NCBI GenBank assembly: GCA_028534125.1
Contig: CM052832.1
Span: 6,884,001-6,948,000, forward strand
Source of the DNA: Lama glama
Lineage: Eukaryota
Direction of reading: 5' to 3'
Length of the DNA: 64,000 nt
The notes beneath the pieces are model-generated. The model was not told the origin of the DNA and did no database searches. It saw nothing but the letters and a program-made list of their open reading frames with translations. The position numbers and the translations under genes were made by a program. Positions 1-13,593 of this stretch are shown piece by piece. How positions within the stretch are numbered: the stretch's first letter is position 1; every line of letters starts with the position of its first letter.

Positions 1-3000
1 GCTGGGGAAATAATTTGCTGAGAGAAGCAGCCCAGACTGTGATAAAGCATTGCTTCGTGTTTCCTAAGACAGCATCAGACGTGATGTGTTCCCTGAAGTC
101 ACTGGTGCCGATCTCAACAATTAAAGTGGGTCTCCTGGGTGAGGTTGAAGGCTGCTTTCTAGTGATGCCAGGCCTCTGAGGAGATTAGCTAGTGGAACTG
201 CTCTTATACATGAGAACAGTGAGGCCTGCCTTCCCCAGTGCCCTAGCACACGCCAGCCACATACTTTCATTCTTTTCCTTCATTCAGCAGATATTGACTG
301 ACCGAGGCTCGATCCCTCCCTTCATTCAGCGTCTCCGCTCCAATATCTCCTCCTCACCACCCAGGCCGAGCCCTTCTGCTCTTCCCACATCCCCTGTTGG
401 CTTTATACCCCTGCCTTGCAGGTCTCTGCTGTAGTCTGCCTGCCCTGCTAGGGTGTTGCCCAGCTGCCGAGGTGAGGACTTTGCCTGTTTGGGGTCTGAC
501 TCACAACGGTGGTGCTGAGTGTATGGGGTGTCGGGCGGGGCCCTGCCCCCTGTTTTCTCTGTGACTCGTATTAGTTGGGTGTTGTTCTTCTAGACTTTCC
601 TCTGCTTCTTGTTACTTCTCTCATCTTCTCTCTTTCTCTTGTTTTTTCCTATATTTGAAAGGTTTTCTTTGTTTTCCAGCTCTTCCATTATTTTTATCAC
701 TTTTGATAGCAGCATTCTTAATTCCTAATAACCCAGGTTTTGTTCTCCACTTGTTCCCTTTTCAAAGCTTCCTGCTGCCCTACGAGGGAAGAGAGACAGA
801 GGAGGCCAAATCGACCATCCTTACTTCAGGGTGAGCAGGAAGGGAGTGGATCTCCAAATGCCAGGAAGGGAGCATGCACTCTCCCAAGCTCCTCAGGGCA
901 CTTCCTGTGGAGAAGAACCTTCCATTTAGAGCTTGGAGGTAAATTCCACTTCCAGCTGGGACAGCTGCTCTGAGCCAGACTTCTGGGGAGTCATTTCATG
1001 AGCCCCACGTGACCCATTACAGATTTGGCCAAGTTCAAGCTCACAGCTTCTCTGGGGTCCTGGCAGGAAACATGGCCCCCACCTCCACTGCAGCCCCCCT
1101 GGGGTTTACTCTGGGCTATAATTATCTCTGTCCTCTTTCATGACTCAGTGTGCTCCAAGCTGCCTTCTCTCCTCCAGAAGTTTGTCTCAATCCCTCATGC
1201 ATCGGTGACCCTGTCTCATTTTCTTTATTTGTGTGAAATTATTCCTTTTCATGCCTCTCTGCTGTTGTTTCAGCTGGATCTCAGATGGCTCTGGGCACTC
1301 AAACCTGTCAATAATATTTCATGCACAAGGGTTCCAAGCATAGTTTTTGAATTCTTAAATTGACTAGTGTTTAGATAGGGCTCTTTACTGCAAAACTTCT
1401 CGGCCCTTTCATCTGCAAATATGTACTGCCAAGCTCGAAGAGAGGGTCTGCGCGGAGTATTTCCCAGTTATTTGACTAAGGTTTTCTGGTTTTTCAGGGA
1501 GCTCTTGCCAGGCTTCATGAAATACACTGTGGGAAATACTGGATTAATTTACTGGCATGATACTAGCCCTGGGACTGAAATACATAAGACACCAACAACA
1601 TTTGCTGATGCCTGTGCGAAAAGAGGTTGAGGGGTGGTACCCCACCCCACCCCCGTAATAGATTTACTTCCTGGCTGCGATGCCTAAGCTCAGAGGGTAA
1701 GTACAGTGGAAAGAACCCTCAGGCTGAGTTCAGACTAGCAGAACTACCGGGTGCCTTTAGGCAAATTAACTTCTCTGAGCCCCGATTTCCGTATCTGTGA
1801 TAAATAATATGTGCTCTTCCTATTGTGCCAGGCAGTTGTGAGTATCAACAGATAAACTAAACGAGACAGTGTTTTATAGAGTATACGATACTAAACAAAT
1901 ACAAGGAATTATTATTATTGTTGTGAAATTCAGTTACCATGTCTCAGGGGTTAGAACGTGAAAGAACATCTGAACATTCTCTGAACATATCACATGGCCG
2001 TTTACCTGGCCCGAGTCACAGGTCGCAGGGAGGAGCACTGAGGGAGAGAGGAGAGAGACCTTAACCGCTGATATGTCTGCACCCAGAGCTGAATCAAGAC
2101 TTCATCCCCCCCTCTGGTAGGGAAGACCTTGAGGCTAAGAAACAGATTCAGGGATTTTTAGATCTAGAGATGCTCACGGATGCCATCTGATCCAACTTGC
2201 TTGTTTTACATGCATAGAAACTCTGGCCCCAAGAGGGTGAACGACTTGCCTCCAATGGCAGTGCTAGGAAGGAGGTCTCCAAGTTCAACACAACTTAACC
2301 TGACAAACATTCACAAACATTTGCCGAGCTTCTAGAGCAGGCTTGGGGGACACCAGCAGGAGCGTGGTTTCCACCCTGAAGGAGCTCACAGGTGCTCAGA
2401 GGAGAGAGTAACAGCAAATACTGAAGCAGAGCTGATCATTCAAGACCGGGCTCTTCAGTTAAGTGGTCCAGGAGTTTGAAGAAAGGGCCATTGTTGATGG
2501 CTGAGATAGAAAGTTTTTTGTAATTGGTATTTTCCATTTGTGGAAATTCTACCCCTTACCTTAAAGATTTCTTAATGAGACTATGTATTATTTATTATAT
2601 ATGTATATATAGATACATATACACATACATGTATATTTTTTATTTTACATGCATATAAAATGTACATATGCTTTTAAATTTTATATACTTATATATAATA
2701 TATATGATCTGGGGAGGTTGTTACTCTCAGTTCTTCTTTCTTGGTTCTCTTTAGAATGACTTGAGATGTATACAGATGCAAGTTGGAGGATCTGTGGTAA
2801 ACATCAAAGGCAGTTTCTTGACCTTAAAAACTCTAAGAGAGAAAGGGACCTGCTAATGGAGTCCATTCTGCCTCAAATATATTTATTTCCGCTTGAGCCA
2901 AAGTGACTCGGAACCCATGTGCCCTTTGTGGGAAAGAAGTAGAAAACACCCATGTCCCTGGCAACAATGTTTACTTCGCGTTGAAATATGACCCATGTGT

Positions 3001-3871
3001 GTGGAAGGCCAATGCCTATGTTAGTGCTTTAATTTCTAACGTTTACAGAGCAGCACGTTGGTTTGGCATCTGCTGGTAACTCTGCCCTAAGACGGGATGA
3101 TTCGGTCTTGGCAGTCGGGGGCACGCTCTCCCATATGGAGGTGTGATGAAATTATGTGATTGAGCATCTCAGGATGCCAGGTTTATTTTGTGTTTGGATA
3201 AATGGCATATTGTCTTGGTTTGCGTTTCTTTAAAAATCTTTTTAAAATGCCTCTCCTTTTTTATGTATGTTGGAAAATTCAATTCAACCCAAGAACCAGA
3301 ACCAGAGCAGGGCATTCAGCAGTGAGAAGGCTGAGTGTACCGGCCTGCAGTATTCCGCGCACCAGGCAAGGACAGGAGACTGAGCAAATTGGCTATTGGG
3401 ACTCTGCCTTGGGGTGTGGTACAGGGACCCATAGGGATCCAGAGAAGCATAGAGAAGGATCAGTGAGCCACTCAATAAACAGCCCACTGACATCTTTGTG
3501 GCTCAACAATGGTTTCCTATTGAGGATACGTTTGGGCAGTACTCATAACGTGATCTGCTAAGACTGGTGATGATTTCTGAAGGTACAGCCCACAGAACGC
3601 ATGTCCTTGACATACTCCTCCAAAAAATGGATCTTACGGCTAAAGAAATTTAAGAATCTTGACCTCCTACTTCCTCCTTGTGCAAATTCACTGTGTAGAC
3701 ACTAGCTGATAAAAGGAGCAGAATAACCAGTCAATAAAACTTGAACCTTGTTTAACCCAGCACTTCCCCACATTCTGGAAATAGTAATGATAGCATCCCA
3801 TACAGTGGAATTGATACATCCTAATCTTTTTGATCAAAGCTATGCATACAGCACATCAAAAACAAATTGAT

Positions 3872-4036
3872 GGGGGAAGGGAATAGCTCAGTGGTAGAGT
3901 GCCTGCTTAGCCTGCATAGCCTGCATCAAGGTCCTGGGTTCAATCCCCAGTGCCTCCACTAAGAAGTAAGTAAATATAATAAATAAACCTAATTACTTCC
4001 CCCCACCAACAACAAAAACTTTAAAAAGAATATGAA
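3872..4036 (+). mobile_element. Camelid-type tRNA-derived SINE (vic-1-like), long form
   Basis: A box TAGCTCAGTGG, B box GGTTCAATCC, A-rich tail. TSD aaaaacaaattgat (3858-3871) / aaaaacgaattgat (4037-4050). Confidence 0.88.
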
Positions 4037-7000
4037 AAAAACGAATTGATGACAAAAAAAGAGAGAATCTAGCCTATTTGAGATGATTTAGCCAATCCAG
4101 TGTTTTGTCACTTGTTGAACTTCCTCTTCCTCTTCCTACAGCCAGTGTGATGGCTCTTGCATGGATCTGAAGGCTCAGTGGAAATTGGGTCTCACACCTG
4201 GGTCTGTTTCCAAAGCCCATATTTTTAACTCTGTGTTGTTCTACTTGATACGTGAGCATGTGTAAACCCCTTCTCTCTGAAGGCCATGTAACGGTTGGGC
4301 ACTTTGATTTCTCCTGTATTACCCAGCTTCCCTGCTAGAAGTGAAACGAAAGAAGAGCGAGGAAGAGAGGGAGGAGGTGGGGGAGGAAGGAAGGAAGGAG
4401 GAAAGAAGGATGGAGGAAGAGAGGGTGGGGTTCTTGTAGAAGCGCGGGTTGGACCTTGCCACAGGAATACTTCTGAGCGTTTGGAACATTTGTTTCTTTA
4501 TCACCCTCTCTAGTGGCTGTCATAACTCCCGGGGAGATCATATGCTTGGACACAGGTTAAAAGCATCATTAGTTAAAGGAAGGGAAACGCCTGTCTTCTC
4601 AGGAACGGGAGAGGATGGCAAGGATGGTCGTGAGTGAGATGGGCGAGGGTGACTCCCGACGGACTGTCCTGTAGAGCAGCACCTTAGCCATTCTTCTCAG
4701 CCTCCATTTGCAGAGCCAGACAGCACGAACATGATCAGCCTCTTATCTTCCCCAAGTTGACACTACCTGAGGCCTTTAGTAAAGTGCTTTTGAACAATAA
4801 GCTCCTTTGTTTCCCTTGCTTCTACCCACCCTGGTTTTAAATTCTCAAATTTGAATTCTCAAATTAAACGTTGTATGAACTTGAGCATCATTTGCTAACC
4901 AACAAGAGTCCATTTTCCCTGCTGTTGCCACGATCTGACCCCAAATTCTGATGGCTAAGCCACCATGGCATGATGACCACGCTGATGGTCAGGCTCTCTG
5001 TCCTTTCATCCCCTTGGAGACAGGTGCACTGAATCAAGTTGTCAGATTCTCATTGGCTAAACGCACCTGAACTATCCTCACTGCCAGCCTGAGCTCCTCT
5101 CCCAGGCAAGGAGGAAGTCCTGGGCTCTGACCGGGGTGTGGTTTCCAGGAACTGGACTGGAACCGCAGAGCTGGGGATGAGCGTGGGCCGGGGGTGCCTG
5201 CTGGGCGGCGTGGTGCAGGCAGGAGAAGTCAGAATTGGAGTACGGAGGCAGAGAGGCAGGGACGAGAGCGATGTAAGCTGGACAGGAGGCCAAGGAGCAG
5301 GCAGAACGAGCATTTGAAATTGGGAGGATGGAGGAATAGCTGAGCTTGAAACTATTCCCAGGCCAAGGGTTAGGTTAAGCGCGAGGTCAGATCCTGGTGT
5401 CGTGGGACCTGAAGTTTGTGCACTCAAGGAGCCCAAGCGGATCCGAATGATGAATATAAAACACGGGCAAGGCTCACAGGTGGTTTGGGGGAAACTGTGT
5501 TAATCCTTCATCTTGTTTCTTTTGTTTCCATTGAGGTAGAATTTATGAGCCTGTCTTGCTGATACTTTTACATTAACTAAGAGGGTCTCTAAGTGAGGCA
5601 GACAAGATAGCACCCATGGCTATCGGAGGAGAAAGGAGCCTTCAAGATCATCTTCATGGCTCAGTGGGGGGAAGTCCCAGCAGGCAAAATGATGGGACAG
5701 AGTTAAGGAAATGGGTACTGATTGGTAAGTGAGGCAGGAGTCCTCTCTGGCAGTCAAGTCCACTTTGTTTCTTTGCCTTCTGTGCAAACTGATGTTCACG
5801 CAGTCTTTGTAGAGAAGGTAACTCAGGAAGCCGAGGGGTCATGCTGGCATCCTCTCCACAGCCCTGTCTCCCCACCCCTTCCCGCCTACCGACCCCAGAC
5901 TGTCTACAGCTGTCTGTTCACAGTTAAGGTGATGGTTGAAACTTGCATTTGAAAGGTAATAGTACCAGATATTGATAGTCATTGCACAGTTATTTAGGGC
6001 TTCCAATGACTAGGGAATGGTAAAAAAGAAAATTATGGATACTGTTTAATCGGAAATAAGAAGATGTGGAAGTTAGTGGGAACTTGATATATACTGACTG
6101 GTGATACAGATGATCTCAATTTCACAATATATAAAAAATAAAAAACCTTGTGTAGAACACAGAGAAGGAGGAAAACTGTTAACAGGGGTTCTGTGTGCTT
6201 GGTCACCTTCCAAGGTCCTGCCATGTTTTTCTTTTTTGTATCTCTCTATAATTTTTAGATTACTTCCAATGTATAGATTACTTACTAAATTGTTTAAATA
6301 GACATATTTTTTAAAAAAGAAAATAAAATTACTTTGAATGGGAATAACAATGGAGTACATTTTATCTGGCTTAGTGATTTTGACTTGGGTCTCATCTTGT
6401 CTGATAAACAGGGACCCCATGGACTCAATGGCATTAAGTCAGTTTACAAAAAAGTTCCTAAAATTGAGAGGTAGACTGTCTTGTCGCCCAGAGGCCGATG
6501 GTTTCTTGGAGCCCAGCGTCATGGAGAATGCCCCCCTCAGCCGCCCCCGCAGAGACCCCGACTCTGTGAGGGTTTCATGAGGTCACACTTGCTCTGAGTC
6601 AGTCCAGGGTGAGTCATCCCTCCCACATCTATGAGCGGAAGGAAGGGACGGAAGCAAGAAAAATAATCATAACTTGGTGGTTATTGTATTCAATAAAGTA
6701 AGTTTCACGGTGTCCAGCCAGGTGGCAAAATGATAGAAGCCAGTCTTTCTGAAAATGTAAAATGGAGTGTGTTGAATCAATATTTTTTTAATATTTAAGA
6801 AAGTGTTGTCAAATGCATTTATTTTCTTACCTCTTGGAACTGCCTGTTAAAAAGAGGCAGCTAATTACTCTGGCCAACTTTGTGGAAACTTGACACAGAG
6901 TCTTGGGAGTGGCATAAAAAATGTAAGAGGGCATTTTAACTCTCAGGGGAGGGAGGGGATGGAGAGGGGGTGGCTGCCTCCTTCCTGCTCCAGGTCAGCA

Positions 7001-8066
7001 AACTCGGAATTATTTATTTATGGAAAGTGTGCTAGGGGCCAGCGGGGTTCTGGGGAAGCTGAGTGTACAAGAATGAAGTCTTCAAACAGAGCAGATGACT
7101 CTCCCACAGCCTTGATGATTTAGGGGAGAGTTCTGAATTTGATTTTCATTGTTCAATGATGTTTCCAGATCCATTTTGAATCTAAGCTGTGGATTGCTCA
7201 CTTTCTTTGGCTTCAATAAGATAAAATTTAGGTTGTAGCTTTTGTTCATTGTGTTGTAATCCTAGGAATGACTGGATATGCATTTTTACACCTTCAGTAA
7301 CTCTAAGGCCCCCAAAAGACAAACCCTGGGAGAGAAATAGGTGACTATTTTAACAGGAGAATCCAGTTCCCCAGAACATCCTCATTCAGGCTCACCCGAA
7401 GGAGTCTAGATTCCCAGCGCTGACAAATCGGTCTGCTCTCCAGGTGTGCAGCAAGTCTCCATTTACATTTCACCTGTGCCCTGAAGGTTCATGACAATGA
7501 TCAAAGTGAAAGGATTCAGAATCACAGTATGAAATTTCCAGATGTATGTACATTTCTAGAGAGGCGTATAAAGCCCCTCGCACAGTACCTGGCCCACAGA
7601 AGCCATCCTCCTCATCCTCATCACCATCACAGCCAACTTGGTCAGTGCTGCTGAGGCAAAATCATGGGTGTGATTCATGGGTGGGCTTGGCAGAGTCACA
7701 AGGTAGAAAATCCCTGTGAATTATACACTTTAAAATATATTCCTGCCTGTCAGTCAGCAACCGTACTCCTTGGGAAAACAAAAAATGAAAAACCTATTAA
7801 GCAAGGGAGAATGTGTATCCAGAAGTGTGGGCTCAGCCCCAGCCCTTCCGGCTTGGTGGACATTGTATTTTACCCACTGGAAGAGGTGGGTGGTGGAGCA
7901 GAGAAGGTCTGGGTCTGAGGTCTGGATTCTGGCTTTGTCTCTGCCTCTAATGAGGAGCAGAGAGACCTTGGCCAAGCACTCACCTTTCTGGGCTTCTGTA
8001 CCCTCACCTGGCAAATAGAAATTTAGACTCCATACTTTCGTTGCTCTCGGCGGACAGCCTCTGTGA

Positions 8067-8154
8067 TTTTTTTTTTTTTTCCCCTAATGGGGATTGAGCC
8101 CAGGACCTTACACACGCTAAGCAGGTGCTTTACCCCTGAGCTATATACCCACCC
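8067..8154 (-). mobile_element. Camelid-type tRNA-derived SINE, short form
   Basis: Poly-T followed by ggggattgagcccaggacc...tgagctatataccc; flanked by ctctgtg(a)tttt repeats. Confidence 0.85.
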
Positions 8155-9659
8155 TCTGTGTTTTGTTTGTGATATATCTATTTCATTCTTTTTGTCTTTC
8201 CATTTACCAATTGAGGGGGGGGGGGAAGAAAAAAAAGAAAAGAAAAAAGGCAGAGGTGATAACAAGCAGGAAAACAGCGCCCTCTAGAGTTTTTCAGAGG
8301 CATGTCTGTATTGAGGATGTGAGGGTATGAGAAACCCCTGGGTGAGCACCTGGGGGCGCCGGACTTCCTAAGGCCCACCTTAACCTGCCTGCTTCTTAAG
8401 TGGGCCTTGCATCTTTGTTTCTTTCTTGATGGGAACTGAGATTAAATTTCCTTTGAAAAATTAAAGGATTCCACCAAAACCAAAAACAAGAACCCTAGGG
8501 AAAACTTGGAGGTACAGAAACCCAAGTTAAACAGGAAGCTATTGAAAAAAAATTAAGTCCAACCTGGAGAAAGCAGCCATTATTTCTTTCAAAGATAAGT
8601 AACATTTGATGAAGTCTTTAGTGTTTCCATTGAGATAGTTAAGAAAACGTTCAGAATATTTAAGCAAGGTAAACTTCAATATTTTATTAATGTAATCTTT
8701 TAATTTTTTGAAAATAAGGGGTTTTTTTGGAAGACAATTTTAGTTTATATTTTTTGAGTTTATTATTTTTCCTGAGATGAGGCAAAAAGAAATAAAAGCA
8801 AACATTATTCTCTCCTAAACAACAGAGTCACAGAACGTCACAACTCACCTGGACTAACCCTCCCATTGTAAAGAGAAGCTGGTAGCCCAATGCTTTTGTT
8901 TCTGATCTAAAGCTCTCGGTACTTTCTGGAAAAGTGTGTATAATTGAAACTGCAACGATTGTACTCAACACAGATAGTAATAAGCATTAACTTACTCTGT
9001 GCCTGGCACTCTGCCGTGGTTTACAGGGAGCACCTCATGTACTACTTGCAACAGATCCATGAATTTGTTACTCTTGTTATTCCCGTTTTCCGAATGGAGA
9101 AATGGAGGTGCAGAGAAAGCAAGTGACTACCCCCAGTTTCACAACTTAGCAATACTTACGGGCTTTCTCTAGTCAATGGCAAGCCTAACTCACATTCAAA
9201 TCAATAGAGACATATTTAGATGGATACCACTAGGTTTTTTTTTTTTATGACCTCTTTTGTTTTGTTTTGAAACAACAACAACAAAATTATTTGGTTTTGA
9301 AAGCTCTTTCTAACCATTGTGAGGCACAGAGAATTGGGATGGGGACTAAAAGAGAGACGGTGAATGATCTCCAGGGAGAGGCTGGGAGGTGGCTCACCCC
9401 AGAATCAGCCTGTTAGGGACCAGTTATTTGGAGTGAGGTGTAACTTGAGCTCAATTGTGACCCTTCATATATTGAATCTATTGAGCAAGTATAAATACAA
9501 GGAAAAACTGAATTCATATTGAACCTTTTTTAAGCTCTATGCACATGCGTTTATATTTTCTTATGTTCTTTGGTTAAAAAAAACAAAACCCACACTGCCT
9601 AAACACATGGTTTTGTGTTGGCCTAACACCGTTTTTTCATATGCGTATTTCCTCGTGTT

Positions 9660-9975
9660 TCACTTTGAATAACTGCATGATATTATTCCATCACCTTGAT
9701 TATTGTGATTTGCTTAGTCATTTCCCTATTGTTGAGGCTTTGGATTGTTCCCAGTTATAAATAGCACTGCTATACCATTTCCAGACCATTTTTAATTTTG
9801 GAAATATTTTTCTGATGTATATTCCCAAGAGTTTAATTTCTGTGTCAGAGTGTACAATATATTATATTTTCTACTGCGCATCGCTTGATTGCTTTCCAGA
9901 AAGACTGAAAAATAAATTACAAGGCCAATAGCATTGAATTTTTGACACTTCATTTTCCTGGTTTATCCACCGAGA
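9660..9975 (-). mobile_element. L1ME-like fragment (continues at ~10660-10770)
   Basis: Degenerate antisense L1 motifs ttccctattgttgaggctttggattgttcccagt and gattgctttccagaaag. Confidence 0.55.
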
Positions 9976-10007
9976 ATGATAGGTATCATTTTAACTCTTT
10001 TTTTTAA

Positions 10008-10410
10008 CCACACCACCATCACAACCACTACCATCATCGTCACCTTCACCAACACAACCAAAAACAGAACCATTACTACCCATCAGCTACCATCACCAAC
10101 ATTGTCATTCACTACCACCATTACCATCATCTTCACAGCAACCACCACACCACCAGTGGCACCATCATCACAATCGCCTTCACCAGCAAAACCACCACCA
10201 TCATCATTCATTGCTATCACCAGCATCAAATCTACCAACACCGCCAGCACCACCACCTCCATTACTTTCACCGCCACCACTGCCATCACCATGACCTACT
10301 ACCATTACCACCACCGTTAACATCACCAGTCCTCATCCACCACTGTTACCATCCCCTTCACCACCGCTAGTGCCAGCACCAATGTCTCCATCATTATATT
10401 CCATCACTGC
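10008..10410. repeat. Degenerate (CAC/CAT)n low-complexity tract
   Basis: About 400 nt of imperfect in-phase ACC/ATC triplets. Confidence 0.9.
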
Positions 10411-13160
10411 TATGTGCTATTAGTGGAATCATTCAATATGTGCCAAATACTGTACTTGATGTACATCATTTACATTAGTGATTTTGTCCCCACAGTAACT
10501 CCTGTGTGTATATAATAGCCTCATGTTATTGAACAGAAAACTGATGTTGGGCATTTAAGACCCTTGATCAAAGACACAGATTAAAAAGTGGCAAGACCAG
10601 GATCCGGGTCTCTGTCTAACTCCAAAGCCCGAAGTGCAGCCTGCACTTCCTTTAGTCAATGGACTGTGGTGTTTCAAAGTTCTTTTGTTTGCATTTCTTT
10701 AGTTGCTGTTGAGACTGAACATTTTTCCATGTGGCGGTTTATTGTCTGCATTTCCTTGTGTGCAAACCCTGCATTTATTCCCTATGACCTCATTTTGAAG
10801 GAAAGCTGAATATTGATCTTAAATAGTTAGACCAACACTCTGAGGTTCGTTGTCACAGCTTAATCTCGTCGATACAATTTCAGCACCTTCCTCTCACTGA
10901 GCAATCTGCCTTTTGGTGAATCCCTGTCTGGAACCAAATACCAGTGCTTCCTGTGATTCTCCAGTTATATGCCCCCTGTGCTGTCAGCTGCCCAGCGATG
11001 ACCGCATCCCCAGGGCACAGCTAAGATGGGCAAGACCTCCGCAGTGAACCAGGGGAGGCCTCTGACAATTCTGAAGCTGGTCCGTTCCTCGCGCGTTCAC
11101 TGATTTCTTTGCGAGCACAGCCCAGCCGTCCACACTGTCGGGCCTTTCTGCTCGGTGTCACAACTGAAGTAATTTGTCCTTTGAAACTGGCCAAGCATGC
11201 CATTCAGTCGATAAACTGTGATCAAAAGCTTGTAGTTTTGATTTTTGAACCAAACTGAGGTTTGGAAGTCCATTTGCAAAATAGACTTGGTGCTGTTGTG
11301 AGTAAAAGGGGAATTAATTGATAGTCAGTCACCAACCAGAGTGACAGCAGTGTTCTTTTTATGCGGGCGGTGCTTGACTATTCATGAGGGAGGCAAAAGA
11401 GGTAAAATATAACACCTGCAAAAAATATTAAGACCTTCTCAGGATATACAAATACTGAATCCTGATGTTGTGCACCTGAAATTAATACAATGTCGTGTTG
11501 TGTGTCGGTTCTATCTCAGTAACTTCTGATGTTACGACCTGAGGTTAAATAAGAGTTGCTAAACTAAGGATGGAAAAAGACTTTTTGGGGGCATTTCCCC
11601 CCTCTTATTCTTCTGCAGGAAAATCTTAAAATCAGTTTTTCAGCTTTTATGGAATATACTACGGAGACTTTGATTGTTGTCTTATTTTTAATTTGGGAGT
11701 AAGGGTGGACAGAAAATCTAGAGCTCAGGGATTCCCAAGAATAAAACCTCCTGTATGATTTTTCAAAACAAGCCATCATAACACTTACATTGCAAAACAC
11801 ATAAGGCTTATCAATCTTGGACCCTTGGGAATCCACTAATAAAATACTTGATGTTCTGGAATGCCGCTGAATTCCACCCACATGCATTCATTTATTTAAC
11901 AAGTACTTTCTGAGCATGATTCTAGCACTGTAGGTGCTCCGTGGAGAAACAGAAGTGTAAGAAAGACATCGCCCAGTCTCCAAGATCTCATGGTGGAGAC
12001 ATAATTTACAGAGTGGAAGGAAAACTAACAACAGAACACAGTTTAGGATTCAATAACCAGAGTAAAAATAAATAAATCACCAAATGATAAATCAATGCCA
12101 AAGGAAACAATGGAAGTGACCCTGAGTTTCCAGAGGCATAAACTGCTGTAGGCAGAGGGGGTCAGAGAAGCAACCTGGCAAAGTGGGACTTGAGCATCTG
12201 AATACAGGGAGGACATCGGCCAGGCTATTGAGCGGAGAAGGGTGATTAAGAACCCACCCTGGCTGTGACACAGACACCAAGTGCGCTGGTGAGCCCCTCC
12301 TCTGTCAGACAAGTGGCCATTAGAGTGACCTGACTAATTGTGCAAACTGACCAGTTACTTCAGCCCAAACGACCAAAGGGAGAGCCCAGGATAGACGCAG
12401 ACAGCTCACAGGCTTGATGTGAGTCAATTACTAGTTTGCAAACACAATTCTGAGCAATTCAATGTCCAGAGGCAAACAGACCCAGAGAATGGTAGATGTG
12501 GAGGCACTGACTGGGGTGGGAGGGGGTTTGAGTTTTGTCATTTAAAAGGAATGGAAGCATCCAGGGATGGCCAGGTGTCCCTAAACAGCCCATTTGTTTA
12601 ACAATGTATTCTAGAACAAATGACTGTATGTGTCACTCAGTCAAAGTGCCTTTTCCTTGAAGGGAAGTGTTTTCTGCTCCATTAGCTTTTTTTCTTCTTC
12701 TTCCAATATTAGTCAATGACTTGAAATTTTCTGTTGCCTTTTGAGGAAAAGATCAAGGCACAATATAAAATAGGAAAAAGGAATTGACTGGTAGAAGCCA
12801 AGAGATCTGAGTTCCTGACCTGGTTTTGCCATTGATACCCTTTGCAATTTGAGACCTGTCACTTAAACTTTCTAGATCTGCTTCTCCCACCACCACAGGA
12901 GGATGGCAACATTGACTGCCTTCATTATCTTACAGGGTTATTTGCATATGAAGTAAGAAACATTTTTTTTAATGTGTTGAGCACCTACTTTTAATCAAGT
13001 ATTTTCGTATTCTTTTTTTTTTTCCCAAATTCTTTATGTCATTTAATGCTGAAGAATATAGTCCACATTCATCCATAAAGAAACTACAGACGACTTGGAG
13101 AGGTTACAAAAGGACTTGCTCAAAGCCACACAGCTATTGCAACCCCAGTTCTCCAAACTC

Positions 13161-13593
13161 TGTTACCGAAGGCCTGATGCAGAGTGAGGCCAAGCGATAC
13201 CTAACGTCGGAGTTTGGAGCAGAGAAAGGTTTACTGCAGGGTTGAGCAGGCTTATGCCCCTCAAACCTCCAAACTCCCCAAAGGATTTCAGCAAAGCATT
13301 TTTAAAGGCCAAGTGAGGGATGGGGGCCGGTATGTGATCAGCTGTGCACAATTCTCTGACATCGAGGTAACAGGGCGGTCACCATCATCAATCCTTAGGC
13401 ACCAGGAGGTCTAGGGGCTCATAATCATCGAGTAGCTAATTTCTTCCACTTGGTGGTGGTTTTTAGCATCTGAAAAAGTCAGGAAATATGCATGAGATTC
13501 TATTATCTGGGTACTTCAGAGAGAAGCTACAGCAGAGGATCTGACAGAGGGGTCTGTCCTGGGAAGCCCCCGTAGGGGTCCTACTCGGTTACA
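13161..13593 (-). mobile_element. ERV1-type solo LTR (433 bp)
   Basis: TGT...ACA termini with 4-bp TSD ACTC (13157-13160, 13594-13597). Minus strand has a polyA-like AGTAAA followed by cctttctctgctccaaactcc. Confidence 0.82.

Noticed and set aside
3872..3960. tRNA-like sequences with A and B boxes (five copies)
   Set aside because: A-tails, TSDs and degenerate stems show they are SINEs rather than tRNA genes.
9976..10320. Thr-rich mucin-like ORF and its Val-rich antisense ORF
   Set aside because: By-products of the degenerate trinucleotide tract.
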